64,000 nucleotides of DNA from an uncultured Chloroflexia bacterium (GTDB lineage: Bacteria; Chloroflexota; Limnocylindria; Limnocylindrales; CSP1-4): the NCBI GenBank assembly GCA_963838285.1, contig CAWIQP010000007.1, forward strand, positions 194,193 to 258,192. Direction: 5' to 3'. The position numbers and the translations under genes are program-made. How positions within the stretch are numbered: the first letter of the stretch is position 1; the number at the start of each line of letters is the position of its first letter. Of the stretch, positions 19,427-29,475 are shown one piece after another. Under the pieces are notes generated by a model. That model did not search any database. It was not told where the DNA came from and was given only the letters and a program-made list of their open reading frames with translations.

Positions 19427-20089
19427 GTGACGTCACGCGATACGGCTGCCACGGCGGGGCCCGATCGATCTCGCCTGCTGGTGGCCACCCGGTCGACGCA
19501 CAAGCTCCGCGAACTGCGTGAGTTGCTTGGACTGCGGGCCGAGCTGATCGACCTCGACGACGTGGGCATTTCGGCCGAGGCGGTCGAGGACGGCGAGACG
19601 TTCGAGGCCAACGCCGCGAAGAAGGCCCGATTCTTCGCCGCGCTGTCCGGCCTACCGACCCTGGCCGACGATTCGGGAATCGAGGTGGACGCTCTCGACG
19701 GCGGGCCCGGCGTTCGAACCCGGCGCTACGCGGGAGAGAACGCAACCGACGAGGAGAACAACGTCAAGCTGCTGGGCGCGCTGGCCGGCCTGGACGCGTC
19801 GCGGCGCGGAGCCCGCTATCGCTGCGTCCTGGCGCTGGTCCTGCCCGAGACGCGAGGGCCGCGCGGCGGGCTGCCGGTCCGGCTGGCGCACGGCACGTTC
19901 GAGGGGCGGATCGCGGCGGTGCCGAAGGGCAGCGGCGGCTTCGGCTACGACCCGATCTTCGAGCCGGCCGTGGAACCGTCCGGCGGCCGCACCCTGGGCG
20001 AGTGGACGGCCGAGGCAAAGAACCGCATCTCGCACCGCGGCAAGGCCGCGCGGCGGATGCACCGCATCCTCGCCGACCTGGGCTTCTGA
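19427..20089 (+). CDS. rdgB: dITP/XTP pyrophosphatase (Ham1/RdgB family)
   Basis: LLVATRSTHKLRELRELL...DDSGIEVDAL...GFGYDPIF matches Ham1. The rph–rdgB pairing is conserved. True start may lie slightly downstream. Confidence 0.85.
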   Translation: MTSRDTAATAGPDRSRLLVATRSTHKLRELRELLGLRAELIDLDDVGISAEAVEDGETFEANAAKKARFFAALSGLPTLADDSGIEVDALDGGPGVRTRRYAGENATDEENNVKLLGALAGLDASRRGARYRCVLALVLPETRGPRGGLPVRLAHGTFEGRIAAVPKGSGGFGYDPIFEPAVEPSGGRTLGEWTAEAKNRISHRGKAARRMHRILADLGF

Positions 20090-20364
20090 ACGACCCACGC
20101 CGCAGTCTCGATCGGCCGTACGTGGAGGGGTTCGCCATCTGGGCGGCCGGGCACGGGCGAAGGGCGGGTCGCGGGCGCGTGTCGGCGGGCAAGCCGGAGC
20201 GGCCACGTCCGGGCGAGCGTAGGACACCGGAGCAGTTCGACGTAGGGGTGGTCTGCGCCGAGCGCCCGAAGCTCCGCCTCGGCGGCGGCGATCCGGGTAT
20301 CGAGCTCATCGACGAGCTCGAGTGCTCCGCGGAGCGTGGAGGCCCAGGGCTCGGGGATCGCGAG

Positions 20365-20879
20365 GGAGGCCAGAAGCTCCCGTCCGGCCGACCCCGCAGA
20401 ATCCAGACCGGCACCGGATGACCAAAGGCGATGAGGGTGGCGTGGATCCGGTTCTTGAGGGCGGTTCGGTGATGGACGAGATGGAGTCGATAGCGAGCTC
20501 GTTCGCGCTCGGCTCGAACGGTCGGGTCGGGCAGCCAGATCGCCGGCACGAGATCGCGTCGGGCAAGTTCGGCGAGCACGCGAGCATCGATCTTGTCGGT
20601 CTTAGCAGCGAGTGGCGCAAGGCCCTTGGTCTTGACTGCATCGGCGATCGCCACGTCCCAGCCACAGAGCTCGAGCTGGTCGTGCACGAAGCGGGCGCCG
20701 TTCATCGACTCGATCGCTGCTTCGATGGGGTGTCCGAGCGTGTTCAGGCGCGCGGCGAGGGTGTGGAGGGCATCGGCATCGGGACGCACGGCGAGGACCG
20801 CGACCACTGCCCCGTCTTCATCGAGGACGTGGACATCGAGCCTCTGGCGCGACAGGTCCAATCCGGCGTACAACATACG
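20365..20879 (-). mobile_element. IS110-family transposase remnant (N-terminal DEDD domain only; C-terminal domain missing)
   Basis: MLYAGLDLSRQRLDVHVLDEDG...KTDKIDARVLAELARRDL...LKNRIHATL matches DEDD_Tnp_IS110. After about 175 aa the frame degenerates into Pro/Ser/Arg junk, with no Transposase_20 domain. Confidence 0.6.
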
Positions 20880-21248
20880 TGGGCCTCCTGGCTGGCTTTG
20901 GTTCCGTAGAGAACCCACTTTGCCGCCATGGGGCCCTCTTCATGGCAGTCAGATGCCGGCCGGAATAGCGCGGGGCGCGGATCGGCGCGCCAGTCACCCG
21001 ATTCCGTCGCCTTCAAGGACCGCGGGGCGGGTCCGCTCCTGGCCAGATGCAGGGCTGGACTGTCATCCGGCCAGAACATCAGAGGCTGCGGGCCCTGTCG
21101 GGTGCCTGCTCGGTCGTCGGCGGTCGCGAGGATCGGTCCTCGCGCTACGGGGGCCGGCATCTGGCCAAGACGCCGGCCTCCAGCTCGGCCGGCGACCCAC
21201 GCCGTAGCGTGAATCGGCCGGCGGGCAAGCCGCTGCCCCCGCGCGGCG

Positions 21249-21335
21249 CCGCGGCCTGGCGCGTCGAGCGGCCTGGCGCGCCGTAGCGGCCTGGCGCGCC
21301 GTAGCGGCCTTGCCGTGGCCTATACCGTACGGTAT
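21249..21335. promoter_or_regulatory. about 18-bp tandem repeat (GCGGCCTGGCGCG-N5) x3.5, followed by a perfect 14-bp palindrome ATACCGTACGGTAT at the TetR start
   Basis: Read directly from the sequence. The palindrome (21322–21335) sits 10 bp upstream of an in-frame GTG (21345) that gives a conventional TetR N-terminus, so it is a candidate operator. Confidence 0.4.
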
Positions 21336-21911
21336 GGTAGCGCCGTGGATAACCGGTCGATCCTGCTGGCGCGAGCGCTCGAACTGTGGAGCGAGCGCGG
21401 CTACGCCGAAGTCGGCGTCCAGGAGATCGTAGAGGCGGCAGGTGTCACGAAGCCGACCCTCTACCACTACTTCGGCAGCAAGCGTGGCCTGCTCGACGCA
21501 CTGATCGACGAGCGGTCGGCCGGGCTGCGCGACGCCCTCGGCGTCGCCGTGGACTACCGCGGCGACCTGGTGGCGACGCTCGAGGCGGTCGTGCGGGCCT
21601 ACTTCGGCTTCGCCCAGCAGAACGCCGCCTTCTACCGCATGCAGCTCGGGTTCTGGTTCGCGCCGCCGCGGAGCGACGAGCATCAGGCGGTCCTGGCCCG
21701 AAACCTCGGCCAGCACGCCGCACTGGAACGGCTCTTCGAGGCCGCGGCGGAGGACCACGGAAACATGCGCGGCCGCCAGCGGGCCTACGCGGCCACGTTC
21801 CTGGGGATGATCAACACGTACATTGGCCTGTGGCTCAACGGCTACGCGACCCTCGACGACGAACTGGTGTACCGGGCGACCCACCAGTTCCAGCACGGCA
21901 TCTACTCGTGA
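21315..21911 (+). CDS. TetR-family transcriptional regulator
   Basis: N-terminal HTH (GYAEVGVQEIVEAAGVTKPTLYHYFGSKRGLL) and C-terminal ligand-binding helices. Real start may be the GTG at 21345. Confidence 0.8.
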   Translation: MAYTVRYGSAVDNRSILLARALELWSERGYAEVGVQEIVEAAGVTKPTLYHYFGSKRGLLDALIDERSAGLRDALGVAVDYRGDLVATLEAVVRAYFGFAQQNAAFYRMQLGFWFAPPRSDEHQAVLARNLGQHAALERLFEAAAEDHGNMRGRQRAYAATFLGMINTYIGLWLNGYATLDDELVYRATHQFQHGIYS

Positions 21912-21937
21912 CGCCGCCCATTTCCTTTGCCCCTCGA

Positions 21938-23365
21938 ATGTACCGAGCGGTACCCACGCCCTGCCACGCATCTGCCACGCGCCCGCCGCGCGGCCGCCAA
22001 CCCGGAGGACGCCGATTGGTTGACTGGGCTCCCGACGCCATCTTCTACCACGTCTACCCGCTCGGGCTGTGCGGGGCGCCGCCACGCAACGAGTTCGGGG
22101 CGCCGCCGGTCGAGCGGCTGGACAAGCTGACCGGCTGGTTCGGCCACATCCGGCGGCTCGGCTGCAACGCGCTCTATCTCGGGCCGGTCTTCGAGTCGAC
22201 CGCCCACGGCTACGACACCGCCGACTACTGGCACCTCGACCGGCGACTTGGCACGGACGAGACACTCCGGCGGTTCGTCGCGGCCTCTCATGAGGCCGGC
22301 ATCAGGGTGGTGCTCGACGGTGTCTTCAACCACGTTGGGCGCGACTTCTGGGCCTTCCGCGACGTGCAGGCCAACGGCCGGAACTCGCCCTACCACGACT
22401 GGTTCGCCGGCCTGCGATTCGACGGTCGCAGCCCGTTCGGCGATCCCTTCGCCTACGAGGGCTGGCACGGCCACTTCGATCTGGTGAAGCTGAACCTGAG
22501 CAATCCGGACGTCCGCGGGCACCTCTTCGAAGCGGTCGAAAGCTGGATTCGCGACTTCGGTATCGACGGGCTCCGCCTGGACGCGGCCGACGTCGTGGAC
22601 CTGGACTTCCAGCGCGCGCTGGCGGCCTTGTGCCGCGGCACGAAGCCCGACTTCTGGCTTTTCGGCGAGGTCGTCCACGGGGACTACCGGCGCTGGGCGA
22701 ATCCGCAGACGCTCGATTCCGTCACCAACTACGAGGCCTACAAGGGGCTGTACTCGAGCCTGGCCGATCGCAACTACTTCGAGATCGCCTATGCCCTGAA
22801 CCGCCAGTTCGGGCCGGGCGGCATGTACGCCGGCCTGCCGCTCTACAACTTCGTCGACAACCACGACCAGGACCGCGTCGCCAGCCGGCTCGACGAGAAG
22901 CGGCTCCTCTACCCGCTCCATCTGCTCCTCTTCACGATGCCGGGCGTGCCTTCGATCTACTACGGCTCCGAATGGGGGCTCGAGGGGCGCCGAACGCCCG
23001 GCGACGACAGCCCCGTCCGGCCTGCGCTGGACCTCGAGGCGGGCCCGAGCCGGGGCGCCGAGCCTGCGCTATCGGCGGCAATCGAACGGCTCGCGGCAGT
23101 CCGATCCGAATCCACCGCCCTGCGGCGTGGCACGTACAGGCAGCTGCACGTGAGCCACGAACAGCTCGGTTTCGCCAGGGAGGCGAACGGCGAGGCGGTC
23201 GCGGTCCTGCTGAACGCGGCCGATCGCGCGATCGATATGACCGTCCCGGCCCCCCGCGACGGGGAGTGGCGCGATCTGCTGAACGGTGGCTCGTTCCGGA
23301 CCGCGGGCGACGTGCTCCGCGCGGACGTCCCCGCGAGCTGGGGGCGAATCCTGCGGCCCATCTAA
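21938..23365 (+). CDS. GH13 alpha-amylase-family glycoside hydrolase
   Basis: GH13 regions I–IV: DGVFNHVG, GIDGLRLDAADV, FGEVVH, FVDNHDQDR. Start is ATG 21938 or TTG 22016. The 5' part of table ORF 21386..23365 is an alternate frame of TetR. Confidence 0.8.
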   Translation: MYRAVPTPCHASATRPPRGRQPGGRRLVDWAPDAIFYHVYPLGLCGAPPRNEFGAPPVERLDKLTGWFGHIRRLGCNALYLGPVFESTAHGYDTADYWHLDRRLGTDETLRRFVAASHEAGIRVVLDGVFNHVGRDFWAFRDVQANGRNSPYHDWFAGLRFDGRSPFGDPFAYEGWHGHFDLVKLNLSNPDVRGHLFEAVESWIRDFGIDGLRLDAADVVDLDFQRALAALCRGTKPDFWLFGEVVHGDYRRWANPQTLDSVTNYEAYKGLYSSLADRNYFEIAYALNRQFGPGGMYAGLPLYNFVDNHDQDRVASRLDEKRLLYPLHLLLFTMPGVPSIYYGSEWGLEGRRTPGDDSPVRPALDLEAGPSRGAEPALSAAIERLAAVRSESTALRRGTYRQLHVSHEQLGFAREANGEAVAVLLNAADRAIDMTVPAPRDGEWRDLLNGGSFRTAGDVLRADVPASWGRILRPI

Positions 23366-23495
23366 GTGGGCAGGCCGCGCGCGAGCCGGCCCCGAGTGGG
23401 GGCGAGCCGGCCCGGAGCACGGGCGGGCCGGCCCGGAGCACGGGCGAGCCGGCCCCGAGCACGGGCGAGCCGGCCGCGAGTGCGGGCGCGCCGCC

Positions 23496-25214
23496 TCAAG
23501 GCGCTCCGGCTGCCGCCGCGCCCTCGACCGTCCCGCGCCGCGTCATCCGGTAGAGCGCGAAGGCGCTCCCCACCAGCACCGCCATCATCACGTAGTCCGA
23601 GGCCATGTTCCGCCACGGCCGGTACATGTCGCCGGCAAAGGCAAATCCCACGATCTGCCAGGACACCATCGCCGCCAGCAGGGCGCCGGCCATCAGCCGC
23701 GCCAGGGGATCGGGCGGTGCCCGGTACACCCGCCACAGAGCGAGGAACGCCGCCGCGTAGAGGATCAGCTCCGCCGCCAGCGCAGGCAGACCCAACTCCG
23801 CGGCGGCTTCCGGGTACATCGAGTGTGCCCAGTCGAGATCGTCCTTCGCCTCCGGCGGTTTGTAGCGGCCCGGCACGTACTGCGTCTTGAACTGGTCCAG
23901 GCCGATGCCCAGCAGCGGGTGATCTACGGCCATCTCGATACCGGCGCGCGTGGCGTACCAGCGTTCCAGCAGCGAGCCCTGGCCGGACAGGGTCGACGGA
24001 TTCCAGGAGTCGTAGCGGCTCTCGCCCATCAGCGAGACCATCGCGCCCCGGTAGGCCTGCTCCAGCGGCGGGACGACCTGCAGGAAGAACGCCGGCCAGG
24101 GAATCACGACCGTCGAGAGCACGCACGTTGCCAGGACGATCGCGCCGCGCCGGCGCCAGCTGTGCACGACCAGAAGCACCAGTACGAGACAGCCTCCGAA
24201 GGTCGCCAGATAAGCGCTCTTCGAGAACGTGAAGAAGAGGCTCGCCAGCGACACGAGGATCGCCGCGACCAGCAGGGCAAGGACGCGGCGCCGCAGGTTC
24301 AGGTACCGATGCGCCGCCAGCGCTGCCAGCAGGATCGGCATGGCCATCGCCAGCATCTCCCCGAAGAGGCCGACGTTGAAGTAGGTGATGCGCGAGAAGT
24401 ACAGCCGGTCGTCCTGCAGCACGGCGAGCGTCTTCATCGCCGGAATGCTCTGCAGCATGTCGAGGAGGCCGCCCATTGCGACCGAGACCGCCAGAACGAC
24501 CGCCAGCAGCGCCAGATCGCGCCACCTCGGACGGAGGGCCAGGAGCAGCAAGGCCATCGCCACCGGCTCGAGGATGCCGTGCAGCAGGATGGTGGCGCTC
24601 GTCGAGCGATCGGGTGAAACGGCGGTCGAGAGCGTTGCCAGGATCAGCAACGCGACGATCGCCACGCCCGCCACGCGGTCCGGCGCGATCCGGGCCGGCA
24701 GACTACGCGACCGAGCCGGCAGGCCCCGGGATGTGGCCGAGGACGCCCGCGGTTGAGGCGGCTCGGACGACAGAGAAGCCGGCGGCCGAGGTGCGCCCGG
24801 AGCGGATGCCGCCGAGGCGGCCGCTTCCCGGCCGGGCTCGCGCAGCGCCACGCCCAGCGCCAGCACGCCGACGAACACCGTCTGGGAGATGACCTGGATC
24901 GGGCCGGCGTTCACCGACATCTGGGCGACGTCGAGGACGGGCGTCAGGAAGAGGACCGCGAGGAAACCCCGCCACGGGCGCACGACGGCATACCCGGCCA
25001 GGGCCGCGGCCAGGAGCGGCACGAGCCCGGCCACCACTCGGGCCACGGGGCCGGCCTGGATGTCGTACGGAGCGTGCTCGTCGAAGGCGTAGACGAGGAG
25101 CGTCGCCACCGAGACGGAGACGGCCGCGACGGTCCTCGCCAGAGCGCGACCGCGCAGGGCGCGGAGGTCGAAAGCGCGTCGGGCAGCTCGCACGATACGT
25201 TCGAGTTCAGGCAA
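23496..25214 (-). CDS. O-antigen ligase/polymerase-family (Wzy_C) polytopic membrane protein
   Basis: About 12 predicted TM helices and a periplasmic loop with ...ERWYATRAGIEMAVDHPLLGIGLDQF..., the O-antigen-ligase signature. An internal Ser/Pro/Ala-rich cytoplasmic loop is present. Confidence 0.75.
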   Translation of the reverse strand: MPELERIVRAARRAFDLRALRGRALARTVAAVSVSVATLLVYAFDEHAPYDIQAGPVARVVAGLVPLLAAALAGYAVVRPWRGFLAVLFLTPVLDVAQMSVNAGPIQVISQTVFVGVLALGVALREPGREAAASAASAPGAPRPPASLSSEPPQPRASSATSRGLPARSRSLPARIAPDRVAGVAIVALLILATLSTAVSPDRSTSATILLHGILEPVAMALLLLALRPRWRDLALLAVVLAVSVAMGGLLDMLQSIPAMKTLAVLQDDRLYFSRITYFNVGLFGEMLAMAMPILLAALAAHRYLNLRRRVLALLVAAILVSLASLFFTFSKSAYLATFGGCLVLVLLVVHSWRRRGAIVLATCVLSTVVIPWPAFFLQVVPPLEQAYRGAMVSLMGESRYDSWNPSTLSGQGSLLERWYATRAGIEMAVDHPLLGIGLDQFKTQYVPGRYKPPEAKDDLDWAHSMYPEAAAELGLPALAAELILYAAAFLALWRVYRAPPDPLARLMAGALLAAMVSWQIVGFAFAGDMYRPWRNMASDYVMMAVLVGSAFALYRMTRRGTVEGAAAAGAP

Positions 25215-25403
25215 TCGAAATCGTCCAGTGAAGTGAAGGTGGGGCGACCGGTCGATCCGTGACCCGCTTCGCCCTGGGCTCCCTCCCGCGGCGGTCCGAC
25301 ACCATGGTGCGCGTCTCGATCGCGGAGGCCGCCGAGTCGCCCCGGATGGTACGGCAAGTGCGCCGTCCCGTGCCGCGGGCGCTTCCCCGGCGCCCGGCCT
25401 CGT

Positions 25404-27132
25404 CTAGACCTGAACGGCGGTGACCAGCGACACCATCTGGCAGGTCGAGGTAGTCCCGCACAGGAACCGCTCCTCGTAGCCCGCCGGCGTTGCGATCACG
25501 ACGCGCCACAGGGTCGGGTACTCGCGCCGGCACATCTGGCAGACCTTGCCCCGGCGGCCGAGCTGCGGACGACCGAGAGGGACCTGCGCCGGGTGCGGCC
25601 AGGCCGTCTGAGCGGGTGCGGGCGGGGGCGGGGGCGTAGCCGGTGTCGGCGGGGGCGGGGGCGCTACGGGTGCGGGCGGGGGTTTGGGCGCGACGGGCGG
25701 GGGAACCGGGGCGGGCTTCGGAGACGCGGGTGCCGCCGCGGCAGCCGGTGCCGCCGGGCCGGGTGCGGGCTTCTCAGCCGCGAGGGGCGCACGCTGGGTT
25801 GGCGCGGGGGCGGGAGCGGCGGGTGAGGACTCGGCGCCGCCGGCCTGGACACCCGTTTCGGTCGCGCCGGAGTCGAGCGTCTCGGTCGCGCCGGAGTCGA
25901 GCGTCTCGGCCACAGGCCCCGGCTCTGGCGTCGGCGGCCTGCGACTCGATCTCCGGTTCCACCGCCGGCTCCGGCTCGGGCTCCGGCAGCGACCAGACTG
26001 GCGCCTTGCCCGCCAGCGTTCGATAGTCGAACTTGCACTTGGGGCAGGTTCGCAGGACCACGTCCCGGGCCAGATCGGCGCATTTCGGGCAGAACGTGAC
26101 GATCCGCTCGTCCGCCTCCATGCCCTGGCAGCGCGAGCAGACGTACGCCGGGTCGAGCCTCTTGAGCTTGAACACCTGTCCCAGGACGAAGGTCGGCGAG
26201 ATGCCGCCCTTGCTGATCGTGGCGCCGACGCCCGCCATGATGTCGCCGATCTTTTCGTTCCGGGCCGCGATGCGCTGGTATTCCGGGTTGGTGATTTTCT
26301 CGAGCCGGCAGCTGCGGCAGATGTGGAGCTGCCGGAGCGGCAGCGCCGATCTGATCTCGGCCTGCTGGTTCAGAAAGTCGAACACCGGGAGTTGCGCGTC
26401 GGGCACTTCGACCGACGCGGCCTTGCCGCCCGCGGCGGTCAGCTTGATCTCGATGGCCGCGGCAAGCGCCTCCACGTCCCGGGCCAGGTTCGGCGGCATC
26501 GACCCGGGGTGGGAGGCGACCATGACGGCGACGCCGAGCCGGGCCTGCGTTTCCGCCAGAGTGAGCACCGCCACTCCGGCACTCGACGTGAACGTGACCG
26601 AATCCACTCCCTTCCAAACCCTGGGCGTGGTGCCGGCCTGGCCGTCCAAAGCCTTGCCCGCGACCCCCACCGCGCTCCCGACCGCCTTCGAAGTCAGGAC
26701 GCTGGTCTGCTCGAGGACGCCGACGTCCCCGGCCCTGCTCCAGAAAACCGGCTCGGCAAACGTCTGCGACGCGGCGCCGTCCAGCCTGGAGAAACCCAGG
26801 TCCACGCGGCGCTGAACCTCGTCGAAGAGGTCGCGGTACTGGCGGTTGATGCCGAAGGTCTTGCCCAGGTTCTTGACGTTGTCCGTCAGATGGCATCCCA
26901 CGCGGCAGGCCGAGGCGTCCGGCACGACCTCGAAGACGGCCAGCACCGGCATCTTCTGCTTCATCAGCAGCGAGTAGCCGATCATGCTGCCGCGCTTGGC
27001 CTCGATCCTCGTCAGCTGATCGACGGTGATCTCGAATCCCAGCTCGCGCAGGGCCTCCGAGATCGTCCGACGGACGTCGAAGGCAGAGGCCGACAGTTGG
27101 CGCTCGAAATCGAGCCCGCAGGTAGCCGACAC
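25404..27132 (-). CDS. hypothetical protein: ~310-aa unknown N-terminal domain, tandem CxxC zinc ribbons, PEPEPEP/Pro-Ala-rich linker, small Cys-containing C-terminal domain; a frameshift probably fuses two ORFs near 25915–25960
   Basis: ORF 25774..27132 (CRSC...CSRC...CPKC...CPKC) and ORF 25404..25913 (ETLDSGATETLDSGATE..., 110-aa P/A-rich region, ...KVCQMCRREYPTLW...CGTTSTC) overlap in different frames. A 24-bp direct repeat sits at about 25860–25910. Confidence 0.4.
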
Positions 27133-27145
27133 GTCGAGTCAGTGG

Positions 27146-27817
27146 CTAGAACGGAGATTCGTGTTCGTGCTCCGGTTCGGGCTCGCTCGACCCGCTGTCG
27201 ACCGTCCCCGACTCGCCCGTGGCGTAGTCGTAGGAACTCATGTCGGAGGCGCCGGCGTCGTACTGACCCGGTTCGTGCTCGGCGGCGGCGCCCGGAGCGG
27301 GGGCGTCGCCCGGAGCGGGCGCTCCGCCGGCGGTCTCACGATACTCGGCGGCCATCTCGAATTCGGCCTGGGCCATGACGGCGGACTCGGCTCCGAGCTC
27401 CGCGGCGACCTGGGCCTCGGCCAGCTCTTCGCGCGCGGCTTCGGGTTCGCCGTAGGCGGCCCATTCGCTGGCGGCCTGCAGATGCTCGGACGCGACTTCT
27501 TCCATTACGGCCGCGGTCGCGAGCGAGCCCTGACCCCACTCCTCCCAGGTGGCGGCCGAGTCGGGCAGAGCCGAGGCGGCGTCCGGGTTCGGTTCCGGCG
27601 TACCGGCAGCAGCGGCGCCGGCGGCCTCGGCCGGCTGGTCTGTCGCGGAGCCGGGTGCGGCGGCCGGCTCGTCCTGAGGTTGCGCGGCCCCCGCCGGCGC
27701 GTCCTGAGGTTGCGCGGCCCCCGCCGGCGCGGCGCCGGATGGGTCGTTGGCCGCTGGCGCCGCATTCTTGTCGCCCAACGTGTCCGCGGCGAACTGTCCC
27801 CGGTCTGCGTCAGCCAT
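27146..27817 (-). CDS. acidic Ala/Glu/Pro-rich low-complexity (probably disordered) protein
   Basis: 223-aa ORF, strongly acidic with no TM segment. Contains a perfect 30-bp tandem duplication at about 27668–27727 encoding PAGAAQPQDA/PAGAAQPQDE. Same strand as, and immediately upstream of, the zinc-ribbon ORF. Confidence 0.4.
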   Translation of the reverse strand: MADADRGQFAADTLGDKNAAPAANDPSGAAPAGAAQPQDAPAGAAQPQDEPAAAPGSATDQPAEAAGAAAAGTPEPNPDAASALPDSAATWEEWGQGSLATAAVMEEVASEHLQAASEWAAYGEPEAAREELAEAQVAAELGAESAVMAQAEFEMAAEYRETAGGAPAPGDAPAPGAAAEHEPGQYDAGASDMSSYDYATGESGTVDSGSSEPEPEHEHESPF

Positions 27818-28139
27818 CTGCTCGACTCCAGGAGGGCCCGGGGGCTCAACGCCCCGAGAGAGGCCACGTCCGGAATCCTAGCGACCCGCCCCCGCCATTT
27901 CCAGATGCAGGTTGCCCAGCACGGGCCAAGCGGCGGCGGGGCCGCCGGACCGACGGCCTCGGCCGGGTCGAGCCCCGGATTCTCCAGCCGATTGGCCCCA
28001 GCACTCAGCTGGAGGATTCGCGGCGCGCCGGGGCCGGGCCAACCACAAGCCAACCGTTCACGAGCGTGATGGCAAACGCCGGTGCGCCGGCTATCGTTCG
28101 CATTGAACCAGAACCCCCAAGCCACCGGCGAGGCATACC

Positions 28140-28898
28140 GTGGAGACCATCGATAGGCGGCCGGTCACGACGCTCTTCCTGATCCAGTCGGTGGACGGCA
28201 AGATCACCACCGGCGACGTGGACGAACTCGATACCGATCTCGACTTCAGCCGGCTCCACGGCGTCAAGGAAGGCCTGCACCGTTACTACGAGCTCGAGGA
28301 GCAGATCGCCGGCGTTTCACTCAACAGCGGCCGAGTACTGGCCAAGGTCGGTGTCAACGACCGGCGCTGGGAGAGCGACGAGCGCGACCATGTCACGTTC
28401 GTCATCGTCGACAGCCGGCCGCACCTCAGCCTGAGCGGCTGCGAGTACTTCGCCCGACGCTCTCGCGAGCTGTACCTGATCACCTCGAACGCGAGCCATC
28501 CGCTCCTGGGGCTGACCGATCGCTACAACCACATTCGGGTCCTGCTCTACCCGGACGGCATCGACTTCCGCGACGCGCTGGCTCGACTGCGGGGCGAGTT
28601 CGGCCTGGAGAAGGTCACGATCCAGACGGGCGGCGAGCTCAACGCGCACTTGCTCCGGCTCGGATTGATCGACTACGTCTCACTCGTCGTGGCGCCATGC
28701 CTGGTCGGCGGGAGAGACACTCAGTCGCTCATCGGCGGGGAATCGCTCCACGGCCAGGACGATCTCCGTCACCTCCGCGCCTTGCGCCTACTGGACTGCG
28801 AGCGCCTTGGCGACTCGTACCTGCACCTGCGGTACGAGGTCGACAACCATCCGGTGCTGGACAATGCCGGCGAGACGCGTGAACCGCCGACGAGCTGA
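28140..28898 (+). CDS. dihydrofolate-reductase-family protein (RibD C-terminal domain)
   Basis: LFLIQSVDGKITTGD...HVTFVIVDSRPHLS...KVTIQTGGELNAHLL matches the RibD_C/DHFR-like reductase fold. Confidence 0.75.
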   Translation: METIDRRPVTTLFLIQSVDGKITTGDVDELDTDLDFSRLHGVKEGLHRYYELEEQIAGVSLNSGRVLAKVGVNDRRWESDERDHVTFVIVDSRPHLSLSGCEYFARRSRELYLITSNASHPLLGLTDRYNHIRVLLYPDGIDFRDALARLRGEFGLEKVTIQTGGELNAHLLRLGLIDYVSLVVAPCLVGGRDTQSLIGGESLHGQDDLRHLRALRLLDCERLGDSYLHLRYEVDNHPVLDNAGETREPPTS

Positions 28899-28951
28899 CG
28901 CCGACTGGCGATGGGCGTGCGGGAGCCAAGCCGCCGTATCATTCGCAGGAC

Positions 28952-29026
28952 CGGGGTGTGGCCTAGCGGCAAGGCACGTGCTTTGGGAGCACGAGATCGT
29001 GGGTTCGAATCCCACCGCCCCGACCA
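28952..29026 (+). tRNA. tRNA-Pro (anticodon TGG)
   Basis: Hand-folded cloverleaf: acceptor CGGGGTG/CGCCCCG, D arm GCCT-AGCGGCA-AGGC, anticodon stem CGTGC/GCACG with loop TTTGGGA (UGG), T arm GTGGG-TTCGAAT-CCCAC, encoded CCA. Antisense table ORFs show the tRNA 'GFEPT' signature. Confidence 0.85.
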
Positions 29027-29049
29027 CACCCCCCATTTGAGAGCTGGAT

Positions 29050-29475
29050 CTACGCGCGGGCGCCCTGCGGCACGGCGCCGAGCTGCTGCATCAGCCCCAG
29101 GGCATCCATGACTCCCCAGTGCTCGGACACGCGACCCTTGTCGTCGAACAGGAACATGTCGATGAGCTGGACGTCGACGCGCTTGCCGGTCGCCGTCATG
29201 CCCATGAAGTCGCCCTTGTTGGTGCCCGTGTACCTGACTCGCGCGACCACCTTGTTGCCGCTCGCGATGACGTCTTCGGCGGCCATTCGCAGGTCGGGGA
29301 AGGCGGCCAGCTGCATGCGGAAGAAGGTCTTGACACCTTCCTTCGTCGGGTCGAGGCCCGGCGTGATTTCGTGCTCGACGAAGTTGTCCGCCAGGTGCTC
29401 GCTGAACGCGCCGATGTCGCCGGCGTTGATCAACTCGTACATGCGTCGCACCGTGGCCGCGTGATCTATTGGCAT
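29050..29475 (-). CDS. SnoaL-like ester cyclase (NTF2-like superfamily)
   Basis: MPIDHAATVRRMYELINAGDIGAFSEHLADNFVEHE...GDFMGMTATGKRVDVQLIDMFLFDDKGRVSEHWGVMD is the typical ester-cyclase pattern. Start taken at the internal ATG (MPIDH). Confidence 0.75.
   Translation of the reverse strand: MPIDHAATVRRMYELINAGDIGAFSEHLADNFVEHEITPGLDPTKEGVKTFFRMQLAAFPDLRMAAEDVIASGNKVVARVRYTGTNKGDFMGMTATGKRVDVQLIDMFLFDDKGRVSEHWGVMDALGLMQQLGAVPQGARA

Noticed and set aside
28769-29040. Several short ORFs on both strands overlapping 28.9–29.04 kb.
   Set aside because: They overlap tRNA-Pro(TGG). The translations contain the typical tRNA-derived 'GFEPT/WDSNP' strings.
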